A stretch of DNA of 64,000 nt from Bdellovibrionota bacterium (GTDB taxonomy: Bacteria; Bdellovibrionota_C; UBA2361; JAAYZI01), in contig JBMNIF010000003.1 in the NCBI GenBank assembly GCA_050950765.1, forward strand, positions 644,980 through 708,979, given 5' to 3'. Shown here piece by piece: positions 20,903-30,353 of the stretch (within the stretch, counting starts at the first letter, position 1; every line of letters starts with the position of its first letter). The notes under the pieces were generated by a model. That model searched no databases. It saw only the letters and a program-made list of their open reading frames with translations, and was not told where the DNA came from. A program made the position numbers and the translations under genes.

Positions 20903-21300
20903 GCTGTTACTCCCTACCATTTTTTCCCTTACATATAAAATTTAAAAACTATAACTATCGCTAAACCCTCTTCCGCTTCTTCTTTTTCCTTACATACAAA
21001 ATTCTAAAAACAATACTTGCCGCTAAACTCCCTTCCGCTTCTTTTTCCTTACATACAAAATTTAAAAACTATAACTATCGCCAAACCCTCTTCCACTTCT
21101 TCTTTTTCCTTACATACAAAATTCTAAAAACAATACTTGCCGCTAAACTCTCTACCGCTTCTTTTTCCTTACATACGAAATTTAAAAACTATAACTATCG
21201 CCAAACCCTCTTCCACTTCTTTTTTCCTTACATACAAAATTCTAAAAACAATACTTGCTACTAAACTCCCTACCGCTTCTTCTTTTTCCTTACATAAAAA
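20903..21300. repeat. Tandem array of ~7 x 60 bp with alternating A/B units
   Basis: TTTTCCTTACATA recurs every ~60 bp; units alternate ACTATAACTATCGC and ACAATACTTGC. Confidence 0.92.
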
Positions 21301-21317
21301 ATAAAGAGGATGCTTTT

Positions 21318-22127
21318 TTAAAAAGAGATAACTTGCGCTTTTCCACCATTAAAGACGGTGTAGCCTTTAAAACCCACCGCCTTAAGTTGTTCAAAGATTA
21401 TCTCAAAAAAAGCTGCGATATCTGCAGCACGGTGTGCATCGGATCCTACTGTAATCAACTCTCCACCCAACTCTTTATACCGTTTAATAATATCAAAATT
21501 AGGATGCGGAGTGTTTAAGCCGTAAAGAAAACCAGAAGTATTAATTTCAATCCCTTTACCACGCTCAATAAGAGCCGTTAAAACTTGATCTATCAGAGTA
21601 GCATACTTTGCGTATGAATATCCCTCATTTTTATGCGGCGCATAACGCACAATGTAATCAAGGTGCCCGTAGACATTAAATCCGGAAAAGGCTTTAATAT
21701 TTTCAACGATAGATTGAAAATAACGCGTAATGACCTCTTCTTCACTTCTATCTCTCCAGAAAGATCTCTCATACGGATCCCGCATATCCAAAAGGTGTGA
21801 AGAGCCGATAATAAAATCAAAGTGATATGCGTTGATTAAATTGCTATACCGTTCTGCAAGGTGCGGCACTAACCCCAACTCAATTCCACGTAATATCTCG
21901 ATCTTTGCACCATAGATACCCCTTAACCTATCAACTTCTGCAAAATACGCTTCTAGATCAGTTTCAAATATTACACCCTCATCTAACGGATAATCGTAAT
22001 CAATATGCTCTGTAAAACAGATCTGTTCTAAGCGTAGTTCAATAGCACGCTTAACCATATTTTCCATCGGTTCCGTACTATCCGCAGAAAAGTTGGTGTG
22101 CAGATGATAATCAACCTTTATCGACAT
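21318..22127 (-). CDS. PHP-family (HisJ/HisK-type) histidinol-phosphatase
   Basis: DYHLHT, FTEH, GHLD, IEINTSG, GSDAH; start MSIKVD at 22127. Confidence 0.85.
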   Translation of the reverse strand: MSIKVDYHLHTNFSADSTEPMENMVKRAIELRLEQICFTEHIDYDYPLDEGVIFETDLEAYFAEVDRLRGIYGAKIEILRGIELGLVPHLAERYSNLINAYHFDFIIGSSHLLDMRDPYERSFWRDRSEEEVITRYFQSIVENIKAFSGFNVYGHLDYIVRYAPHKNEGYSYAKYATLIDQVLTALIERGKGIEINTSGFLYGLNTPHPNFDIIKRYKELGGELITVGSDAHRAADIAAFFEIIFEQLKAVGFKGYTVFNGGKAQVISF

Positions 22128-22165
22128 CTCGTTGTCTCTCCCCTTTACACATACCCACAAGGCAT

Positions 22166-22191
22166 AAAAAAACGCGGACTATGCCGCGTTT
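22166..22191 (-). terminator. Rho-independent terminator after the RRM-S18 gene
   Basis: AAACGCGG-actatg-CCGCGTTT hairpin with A-run (U-tract on minus strand). Confidence 0.65.
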
Positions 22192-22232
22192 CTCCTACTT
22201 TCAAAATTAAAGAGCTTTATAGCTGCTCGCTA

Positions 22233-22781
22233 CTACGATCTAAAAGGCATCAGACCTACATTCTGCGCACGTTTAATCGCCTTAGCGATCTTCCTCTGAT
22301 TATAAGCTGTTAATCCTGTTAAACGACGCGATAGAATCCTGCCTCTTTCACTAACGAAACGTGAAAGCACTGCTACATCTCTGTAATCTATGGTTTTGCT
22401 CTGATCCATTAAAAACGGATCCACCTTGCGATGACGTTTAAAAAGCTGCATCCTCTGAATAGGCGGCAGTGATTCTCTCTGACGACGCTCACCACCACTA
22501 CCCGAAGAGGCTTTATTATCTTCCCAACTACTCGGCTTACCACGATCGAAGCAGACCTTCATCGGGCGACCGTTAATGACCTTACCATCTAACTCATCGA
22601 TAGCCTTCTGAGCAGCTTCCTCGTTTGTCATCTCAACAAAAGCAAACCCCTTGGAGCGCTGGCTCTCTCTATCAGTCGCAATAACAACATTTACACAAGA
22701 ACCAACCTTATCAAACATCTCTTTAAGAGTGTCATTGGTGACATCAAAATCTATATTACTAACAAATAATTTACTCTTCAT
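22233..22781 (-). CDS. rpsR: Fusion: N-terminal RRM RNA-binding domain plus C-terminal 30S ribosomal protein bS18
   Basis: RNP2 LFVSNI, RNP1 KGFAFVEM; S18 motifs [37 protein letters not shown]. Confidence 0.9.
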   Translation of the reverse strand: MKSKLFVSNIDFDVTNDTLKEMFDKVGSCVNVVIATDRESQRSKGFAFVEMTNEEAAQKAIDELDGKVINGRPMKVCFDRGKPSSWEDNKASSGSGGERRQRESLPPIQRMQLFKRHRKVDPFLMDQSKTIDYRDVAVLSRFVSERGRILSRRLTGLTAYNQRKIAKAIKRAQNVGLMPFRS

Positions 22782-23149
22782 CGTGTTACTTAATAATAAA
22801 CAAAAAATAGCGACAAAACGCCTACATAGAGCGTAATCATATATAAGAGTATTAAAATAAAGTCAAGACAGGGCAGCCATCAAAAGCGATGCTAAGAGGT
22901 TGATTTCTATTAAAACCCCCCTACTTTTTCAAAACACGATTTTGCAACATAGAACACGGCGAATAAAAAAAGTAATTTAAAGAGAAAAGTTTGTGTTTTT
23001 CAACACTTAATCACCAATTCGTGCAGATTCTATCTTGACCTTTCTTAGTTTAAACAGCTAAAAGCTGTCTTGTGCCGAAATTGTAGAGATTTCTTGCACC
23101 TATCGATTAACTTCCCGTCTTTACGTTTTTCAATAGAGAGAAGAAAAGT

Positions 23150-23476
23150 ATGAGTAATTCTTCAGCAGTTAATAGGTTTTCATCTGATCGTGAAGAAGAT
23201 ATTGATGCATCATCGCCCGTTAAACCAGAACGCAACCTCCTTGCCGCTGTATTAGCAAGAGCAATTTGCGATGCTTTCGGGACGGCGCATTGTGAGCGTC
23301 ACGTCGTTCGCGGTGCCAGACAGTGGTTGTTCGGCAAGCTTACCCCAAAAGAGCCCTTTAGTTTCGCTTGGGTCGCCTTGCATTTAGATTTAGATCCGAT
23401 CTCATTGCAACAGAATTTACACGGCTACGAAGCAAATCCTGAAGAGATTCAAGATCGCTTATCCCTCTTACGATAA
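23150..23476 (+). CDS. Hypothetical protein (108 aa)
   Basis: ORF with purine-rich RBS region, followed by hairpin at ~23528-23560. Confidence 0.7.
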   Translation: MSNSSAVNRFSSDREEDIDASSPVKPERNLLAAVLARAICDAFGTAHCERHVVRGARQWLFGKLTPKEPFSFAWVALHLDLDPISLQQNLHGYEANPEEIQDRLSLLR

Positions 23477-23560
23477 CTGTTAGCGAAAGTCACGTATTAT
23501 CGTTAACTCTTTTAGGATTTAGAAGATCCCTTCTCTCTCCTGTAAAAAAGGAGAAGAAGG

Positions 23561-23724
23561 ACTTTTTTCCTTTAGGCAAACCGTGCGGAAAAAGAAAGCT
23601 GGGATTTTTTTCCTTCGTGTAAGCCGTATAAGGTAAAAAACTTTTGTCCCTCCATGCAAACTATGCGGAGAAAAAGAAAGCTAGAGCTGTTTTCCTTAAT
23701 GCAAGCCGTATAAGGTAAAAAACT
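23561..23724. repeat. Degenerate tandem duplication (2 x ~82 bp)
   Basis: AAGCCGTATAAGGTAAAAAACT and GCAAAC..TGCGGA..AAAAAGAAAGCT each twice; abuts stop codon of the nucleotidyltransferase gene. Confidence 0.8.
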
Positions 23725-24430
23725 AACGCAACTTTTTACGTAACCTTTCAAGGTCTTCAGGTGTACCGATATCTATAAAACACGCCTCTCCTTGATGCGC
23801 CGTTATAATACTTTGTGAATCTTTTAACGCCTCTTCATAAACTGGAAAGATTGAAAAATTGCCCTCAAAGTTTTGCATATATCGAAAAATTTTACTTGAG
23901 ACACACTGCACACCCGTATAAGTTAACGGCTCTAACCCTGCTACAATAGGCGCACCTTCGCTCCACAGCCCTTTAAATTTATTATCACGATCTCTAAGAA
24001 CACAACTCTTAGTCTGCTTATCAATAACCGCTAAAGTAGCAATGGCGGAGCTCTCTTGATGATCTTTTATCAACTTTACGAGGTCGAACTCTTCATAGGT
24101 ATCACCATTATGCACTATAAAATCTCCGTCACCCTCAGATAAAAACTTCGCTGCGTTTTTTATCCCTCCGCCCGTTCCTAAGATCTCTTCTTCATAAAAA
24201 ATCTGCACCTTTAATCCGTTAAAGACACCGTCGTTTTTAACGAAATCAGAAACCTGTTCAGCCAGATAGTGCGTATTAATGGCGAGATCGGTTACTCCCG
24301 CCTCTTTTAAGCGCTTAACAACACGTCCTAAGATCGGCACACCCGCCACATCAATCAAACACTTCGGGGTATGCGCCGTTAACGCACCGAGACGAGTTCC
24401 AAAACCTGCCGCTAAGATCATACCTTTCAT
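23723..24430 (-). CDS. Nucleotidyltransferase, MurU/NTP_transferase family
   Basis: MILAAGFGTRL, PKCL, INTHYL, LGTGGG, DIGTPE. Confidence 0.88.
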   Translation of the reverse strand: MKGMILAAGFGTRLGALTAHTPKCLIDVAGVPILGRVVKRLKEAGVTDLAINTHYLAEQVSDFVKNDGVFNGLKVQIFYEEEILGTGGGIKNAAKFLSEGDGDFIVHNGDTYEEFDLVKLIKDHQESSAIATLAVIDKQTKSCVLRDRDNKFKGLWSEGAPIVAGLEPLTYTGVQCVSSKIFRYMQNFEGNFSIFPVYEEALKDSQSIITAHQGEACFIDIGTPEDLERLRKKLR

Positions 24431-24463
24431 AATAACACCTGAATATCTACAAAAACGTACTCA

Positions 24464-25129
24464 CTACTGATCTTTCTGCCAGATCCAAGAAATCGCTAAA
24501 GCATTGGCGTACTCGTTCCATAACCAGCCGCTATGCGCTTTAATCCATTCCAACTTTACCTTAGGGTGTTGTTTCATCAACGTATAAGCCTCTTTAACCA
24601 GATCAAGGTTCTCTATTGCACCTGTCTTCCTCTTCCAACCAAGTTTTTCCCACCCTTGCGCCCACTGCGTTAATGTATTCACACACAGATTACTATCTGA
24701 ATATATCGTTTCTTCACTATCCTCCGGCAACAACTTAAAAGCCTCTATTAACGCCGTCAACTCCATCCTGTTATTCGTTGTTTCTAAATCGTTACCACTT
24801 TTTTCAGCAACGATCTCACCCCCCTGCACCCAAACTACCCCCCAGCCACCTCGCCCTGGATTCGGACGTGCACTTCCATCTGTAAAAATCCCACTACCAG
24901 GCCCAGCAGGAGCGATCTTTTGCAAAACCTCCTCAGGTTTCAGATCAATAGAAGATGTTATTGAAGTCGATGGATATTTTTTCTGAGTAGTAACGCCACC
25001 TGTTTTTACACCCTTTTTAGGTGAATGCTCTCTACAATATTTGGGTGTCCAATTAGGATACTTTGCTAAAACTTCATCAGGAATATTAAATGTTTTAGAA
25101 CATACTGAACAAACAAAGTGTGCCATCAA
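24464..25129 (-). CDS. rnhA: Ribonuclease HI with N-terminal Zn-ribbon-like extension
   Basis: FTDGSARPNPG.GGWG, TTNNRMEL, SDS, WIKAHSG; N-terminal CxxC...CxxH. Confidence 0.9.
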   Translation of the reverse strand: MMAHFVCSVCSKTFNIPDEVLAKYPNWTPKYCREHSPKKGVKTGGVTTQKKYPSTSITSSIDLKPEEVLQKIAPAGPGSGIFTDGSARPNPGRGGWGVVWVQGGEIVAEKSGNDLETTNNRMELTALIEAFKLLPEDSEETIYSDSNLCVNTLTQWAQGWEKLGWKRKTGAIENLDLVKEAYTLMKQHPKVKLEWIKAHSGWLWNEYANALAISWIWQKDQ

Positions 25130-25242
25130 AACCTCACCTAAAAAAATCGCACGCTTTTTTCCTTTACATTAGATCTTCAATATTATCTCAATAAGGGTAA
25201 AAAACTTGCTACTTCTTTTTTCCTTTACCTTTTTTCTCTCCA

Positions 25243-26010
25243 TCATTTCAACGAGAGGTCAAGACGTGAAACGATAAACGGATCATTAAACAAAGATTCT
25301 TTATTATACGTTAAAGGTTTAAACGTTACAGCAGAGACGACCTTTCCTCCTCCTTCATTAACGATACAGTGCCCCGCTGCTACATCCCACTCCATCGTCG
25401 GCGCAAAACGGGGATAAACATCAACCTCACCCTCTGCAACTTTACATATTTTTAAGGCGGAACCGTAACTCCGTGTTTGCGTAATCTTGTTACGCTCACA
25501 AAACTGCACCGTTTCTTGAGAGGAGTGAAACCTACTTACAGCACAACGTAACGTAGTCTGCCCTAAAGCTGCCCTAATCGAAACCTCTCCCTCTGCCGAT
25601 CTTTTATAAGCACCACCACCCTTTTCTGCAAAGTAAACAACCTTCTGCGGTGGGATAGCGATCACCCCTAGAACGGGCTCACCCGCTGCAATAAGCGCAA
25701 TATTAACGGTAAAATCACCCGTCCGTTTAATAAAATCTTTTGTCCCATCGAGCGGATCAACTAACCAAAAATGTGACCAGTGACGACGCTCTTCATAATC
25801 AACGGGATCTTCTTCTGAAAGAACGGGGTAAGCACTGATTTTGCGTAAACGCTCCGTAATTAAGGAATGCGAAGCTAAGTCTGCTGCCGTTACGGGAGAG
25901 GAGTCCGCCTTTAATTTGACATCAAAAGATCCACTCTCGTAATACTCCATAATCAGAGCGGCTGCTTCTGTCGCAATATGAACTACTTCTCTAACTTCAA
26001 GCGCACTCAT
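25243..26010 (-). CDS. cysQ: 3'(2'),5'-bisphosphate nucleotidase
   Basis: SPVTAADL, LSEE, WLVDPLDGTKDF, TMEWDVAAG. Confidence 0.93.
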   Translation of the reverse strand: MSALEVREVVHIATEAAALIMEYYESGSFDVKLKADSSPVTAADLASHSLITERLRKISAYPVLSEEDPVDYEERRHWSHFWLVDPLDGTKDFIKRTGDFTVNIALIAAGEPVLGVIAIPPQKVVYFAEKGGGAYKRSAEGEVSIRAALGQTTLRCAVSRFHSSQETVQFCERNKITQTRSYGSALKICKVAEGEVDVYPRFAPTMEWDVAAGHCIVNEGGGKVVSAVTFKPLTYNKESLFNDPFIVSRLDLSLK

Positions 26011-27464
26011 AACGCCTCTTGTAGACGTTTTAAGGTATCCTCTTTCCCTAAGGCTACGATCGATTCAAAAAGGGGTGGAGTAACAGTTTTACCAGTTACT
26101 GCAATACGGATCACACCGAAAGCGGAGCCAAGATTCCACCCCTTCTCTTCAACAAGTTTTCTTAAACACGTTTCTACCGCCTCTACGGAAAAATCATCTA
26201 ACTTACTTAACGCTTCAGCAACATCGTGCAGAATTACCTTAGCCGTTGCCTCATCCATCCCTTTCTTGAACATAGCTTTTGTATCACGCTCAATAACATC
26301 CTTAAAAAGAAAGTCCACCCGCTCTACTACATCCGGCAACACTTTAGCACGCTCCTGAACGTGTGGCGCAATCATCTCCCACCGTTTCAGATCTACCTTT
26401 AAGCCACTTTTTTCAATATACGGCAGAGCTCTCTTGGCGAACTCCTGCGGCGGCAAGGCACGGATATACATCCCGTTCATCCACAACAATTTTTCAACAT
26501 CAAAAACACCACTAGCGGGATTTAAACGTTCTAAGGAGAACGCTTCAATCAATTCATCCCGATTAAAGATCTCCCTCTCATCTCCTGGATTCCAACCTAT
26601 TAGGGTAACGAAATTAAGCACGGCCTCCGGCAAAAAACCTTTATCTCGAATAACATCGAGTGGCTCTGCACCGTGTCTCTTTGATAGCTTTTTACCATCA
26701 GGACCTAAAATTAAAGGAAGGTGACAAAAGTGCGGCGGATCCCAACCGCACGCTTTATAAAGTAAGAGGTGTAACGGCGTTGTTGAGATCCACTCCTGTC
26801 CACGCATAACGTGTGTAATCTCCATAGCGTGGTCATCCACAACAGAAGCCAAGTGATAGGTCGGCATGCCATCACTCTTTAACAACACAGGGTCTGCTAG
26901 TGGTGGTTCATCCCATGAAATCTCACCTAATGCCAAGTCTTGCAACTTAATATGCAGGCTATCAGGAATTTTAAAGCGCACCACATGTTTACTCTCAGCA
27001 GAAACGTGCCGCTCTCTGCAATAACCGCTATATCCTAAGTGCGATTCCTTGCGAGCCTCCTGCTCTGCCCTCTCTGCAGCGAGACGTTCAGCAGTACAAT
27101 CACACCGATAGGCGTAACCGGCTGCGATTAACTCCTCCGCCACTGCTTTATACCGATCAACTCTTAAACTCTGCACGTAAGGCGCACTAGCACCACCAAG
27201 TTGCGGTGCCTCATCCCAATACTCTCCGATCTTTTTCAACTCTTCAACGGAGGGTCCTTCATCGATATTCAACCCCAACCACTGCAAAGATTCAATGATA
27301 TATCTTACAGCTCCTGACACTAACCTCTCACGATCAGTGTCTTCAATCCGCAACAGAAATTGTCCACCATGTTTACGCGCAAAAAGCCAAGCAAAGATAG
27401 CGGTTCTAAAATTACCGATGTGCGCGAACCCTGTCGGACTCGGCGCAAAACGCACTCTGACCAT
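26007..27464 (-). CDS. gltX: Glutamyl-tRNA synthetase
   Basis: RFAPSPTG, HIGN, LRIEDTD, KLSKR. Confidence 0.97.
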   Translation of the reverse strand: MVRVRFAPSPTGFAHIGNFRTAIFAWLFARKHGGQFLLRIEDTDRERLVSGAVRYIIESLQWLGLNIDEGPSVEELKKIGEYWDEAPQLGGASAPYVQSLRVDRYKAVAEELIAAGYAYRCDCTAERLAAERAEQEARKESHLGYSGYCRERHVSAESKHVVRFKIPDSLHIKLQDLALGEISWDEPPLADPVLLKSDGMPTYHLASVVDDHAMEITHVMRGQEWISTTPLHLLLYKACGWDPPHFCHLPLILGPDGKKLSKRHGAEPLDVIRDKGFLPEAVLNFVTLIGWNPGDEREIFNRDELIEAFSLERLNPASGVFDVEKLLWMNGMYIRALPPQEFAKRALPYIEKSGLKVDLKRWEMIAPHVQERAKVLPDVVERVDFLFKDVIERDTKAMFKKGMDEATAKVILHDVAEALSKLDDFSVEAVETCLRKLVEEKGWNLGSAFGVIRIAVTGKTVTPPLFESIVALGKEDTLKRLQEAL

Positions 27465-27580
27465 ATTTTATTCCAAAAAAAATAGTAAAACTGAGATGCA
27501 AGGATAGTTTAAAGGGCTCTAACTGTCGAGTGGGAACCCTCCTCACCTAAAAAGTCTCCTAAAAAAAGAGCACTACCTTC

Positions 27581-28936
27581 TTACTCTGCCAACTCACGAG
27601 AAAAATCAGGTAAGGTTTCATCTCTCGACCCTAAAACACCGATAATATCGCCACTTTTACGAAGAGATGAGAGGTAAGGCGGAATATCGCTACGCTTTTC
27701 AAAATAACGTGCCTGCGGAATTTTTAAAACTATTTCATCAACTAAATCTTTGGATGAGATATCTTTAGGTAGCGGCACCACCTTGCCATCGACAAGATTA
27801 GCTGTGCCTCCAACGTAATATATTTCAGGCATAAGTAAGATATCATCCTTATCGAGTAGGTGCGAAAAAACTTCAACGTACCCTTCACGCATCATCTTTG
27901 TCGGTTGAAAACCGTGAGGTTGAAAGATAATTATCAAACGCCTACCAAAACTTTTTAACGTTTCCAAAGTAGCTCGGATCTTAGCAGGGTTGGAGGCGAA
28001 GTCATCAAAAACCATAATTCCGTTCTTATCACTAACGAGCTCTAAACGTCGCTTAATCCCTTTAAATCCCGTCAAGGCTTGCGCCGCCTCTTCTGCAGCA
28101 ATCCCTAATAGTGAACACGCCGCAACTGCAGCCAGTGCATTAGCGAGGTTGTGTTTCCCTAAAACTTGCAGATTTAACGTCACACTTTTAGGTGTAATAT
28201 CTCCTTTATCTTCAAGTCCGAAAGTACGCACGTTACGAGCTAACGGCAAGAGAGCGAGAGAGTTAACGCAGTCAGCATTTAGCACAACGCCTTCTTTGGC
28301 ATGACTGATAAAGTGTCCGAAGATCTCCTTTAATTCGTCCAATTCAAAGTGATCAAGTGAAATATTAGTTAATACACCTATGGAAGCAGGACAAAGCGCT
28401 ATCACATCGTTCATGCCGTCACTTTCATCCGCCTCAAAAACCATTAAATCTGCGGCACCATTCCTGATATTACTATTATTGTTGAGCATAATAGCGCCGT
28501 TAATAATAGTAGGGTCTCTTCCCAACTCTGTTAGAATATGCCCAATCATAGCGGTAGTTGTTGATTTTCCACCCGTACCACCGACAGCGATATTACATTT
28601 ACCCTCTCCCTGACAGATCTCAGCCATTAAAGCGGGACGTTTCTGAATAGGGATCCCTAGCTCTCTTGCTTTTTTTATATCAGGGATTGAATCTTCAACG
28701 GCACGTGTCACAACGACTTTTTCAAAAGAGGGATCTAAAGCGCTACCATCTTGTGGTACTAACGAGATCCCCTCCTGTTTAAGCACCTTGAAGAACTCTC
28801 CGTTTCGTCCCTGATCGTAAGAGCGATCCGAACCGTAAACGTCCTCTCCCCTTGCTGCTAAAAGCCTCGCCAAGGGACTCATCCCGTTACCGCCCACACC
28901 GCAAAAATAGATCTTTTTCTTAGGAGAAGGTGTCAT
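27581..28936 (-). CDS. Mur ligase family protein (MurC/Mpl-like, divergent)
   Basis: GVGGNGMS.LA, GGTGGKSTTT, FEADESD, FKGIKRR, FQPH. Confidence 0.85.
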   Translation of the reverse strand: MTPSPKKKIYFCGVGGNGMSPLARLLAARGEDVYGSDRSYDQGRNGEFFKVLKQEGISLVPQDGSALDPSFEKVVVTRAVEDSIPDIKKARELGIPIQKRPALMAEICQGEGKCNIAVGGTGGKSTTTAMIGHILTELGRDPTIINGAIMLNNNSNIRNGAADLMVFEADESDGMNDVIALCPASIGVLTNISLDHFELDELKEIFGHFISHAKEGVVLNADCVNSLALLPLARNVRTFGLEDKGDITPKSVTLNLQVLGKHNLANALAAVAACSLLGIAAEEAAQALTGFKGIKRRLELVSDKNGIMVFDDFASNPAKIRATLETLKSFGRRLIIIFQPHGFQPTKMMREGYVEVFSHLLDKDDILLMPEIYYVGGTANLVDGKVVPLPKDISSKDLVDEIVLKIPQARYFEKRSDIPPYLSSLRKSGDIIGVLGSRDETLPDFSRELAE

Positions 28937-29054
28937 ATCTGTACCTTAAATATCATATAAAAAACCCTCATACTTAACATATAGCATGCTTAGCGACTTA
29001 ACAAACGGAAAGGTTGGGGTGTACGAAAAAAAATTTTACGCTATGCTTAAGCAT

Positions 29055-29241
29055 ATGGATAGGACAAATAGTTTTTAGATCGACCCATACGTTTAACCCT
29101 ATGGATAGGATAAAAAACTTTTAGATCGATTTTATGCGTTTAACTTTATGGATAGGATAAAAAATTTTTTAGATTAATTCATACGTTTAACTTTATGGAT
29201 AGGACAAAAAATTTTCAGATCAATACACACGTGGTAAAAAC
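29055..29241 (+). repeat. 4 x 46-47 bp tandem repeat whose last unit is the 5' end of the downstream gene
   Basis: ATGGATAGGA at 29055, 29101, 29148, 29195. Confidence 0.92.
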
Positions 29242-30247
29242 CTATCTTTCAGGAAGTAGTGCCACCCTTCAATCTCTCTATCTTTTTATGCAGGAGAGTC
29301 AATTTGAACTCCTTCCCGATCCAGACCTTAAAGACTTCGCCCTCTCTTTTACGATTCCATCATCTGCATCAGACGGTACCATCACACACCTTGTGCCGTG
29401 TTTATCTCTTATCGGAGAGGGGGATTACAATTACTGTGTAACCCTTGAAGGGAGAAAAGGGGAAAGTATCTCACGCGCAACACTAACGGTGATCGGGAGA
29501 GGCGCTACCGAACTCTATACTCCGCCCGATATAGGAACCGGGATTGTAGCGGAGATTGATACCTTTATTCTTTCGACAAAGTTTGATTCTCTCGTTCTTA
29601 CATTTCATGTAGATACCTCTATTTTAATGGCAGCACAGTATTGGCTCTCCTCTATCACCTGCAAGTATGAGCATCTCAAGAGAGAGCCTCTTCAAGTTAT
29701 AGACGATCACTTTCAGATAACGTTCCCGCTCTTTAGTCAAAGAGATGTTCCCGAGATCGGGCTACGCATCTGCTCTCCGACCTCCACCGCCATGGTCTTG
29801 AACTACTACAAAAAACAGTGCACACCAAAAGAGGTGGCAGACCTCGCTTATTGTTGCGATCTTTACGGTGTCTGGCCAGCTAATATCTATGCCGCCTCTC
29901 GTTACGGTATCTTGGGGATGTTGCTATTTTTTGACACTTGGCAAGGTGCCTTGACTATCCTTCAGCAAGGCATCCCTTTAATCTTATCGATTCGATACGG
30001 CAAGGGGGAGCTCACAAATTGTGCTATTGAAAGAGAGGATAAAAATCCACTCGGACACCTCGTTGTTTTATGCGGCTACGAAGGTGAATACCTACTAGTA
30101 GCAGACCCCGCCGCACAAAACGTTACTAGCGTAGTGCGACGCTATCACACCTCAGAGCTGCTAAAGATCTGGCTAGAGAGAGCAGCCCTCGCCTATCTTC
30201 TCTGGAACCCTGCAGAAAAAGTTCCAGATCTAAAAAAACAGTTGTAA
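29195..30247 (+). CDS. Peptidase C39-like family protein
   Basis: FSQ...ICSPTSTAMVL (Cys), GHLVVL.G (His), VADPAA. Confidence 0.8.
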   Translation: MDRTKNFQINTHVVKTYLSGSSATLQSLYLFMQESQFELLPDPDLKDFALSFTIPSSASDGTITHLVPCLSLIGEGDYNYCVTLEGRKGESISRATLTVIGRGATELYTPPDIGTGIVAEIDTFILSTKFDSLVLTFHVDTSILMAAQYWLSSITCKYEHLKREPLQVIDDHFQITFPLFSQRDVPEIGLRICSPTSTAMVLNYYKKQCTPKEVADLAYCCDLYGVWPANIYAASRYGILGMLLFFDTWQGALTILQQGIPLILSIRYGKGELTNCAIEREDKNPLGHLVVLCGYEGEYLLVADPAAQNVTSVVRRYHTSELLKIWLERAALAYLLWNPAEKVPDLKKQL

Positions 30248-30353
30248 AAACGGATTGTTAGCACAGAAGTTTTATTTGCTTAATTATTTTTAGCTACTAA
30301 AATGCTACTTATGTCGATATTACATATATAAAATTGTAGTTGTAGGATTTTTT

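Noticed and set aside
20903..21300. CRISPR array
   Set aside because: Inter-repeat segments are themselves repeated, with no unique spacers and no cas genes in the window; the same holds for the arrays at 29.1 and 33.7 kb.
30290..30320. Sigma28 promoter for orphan 30354
   Set aside because: GTCGATAT resembles the -10 element, but there is no TAAA at the correct spacing.
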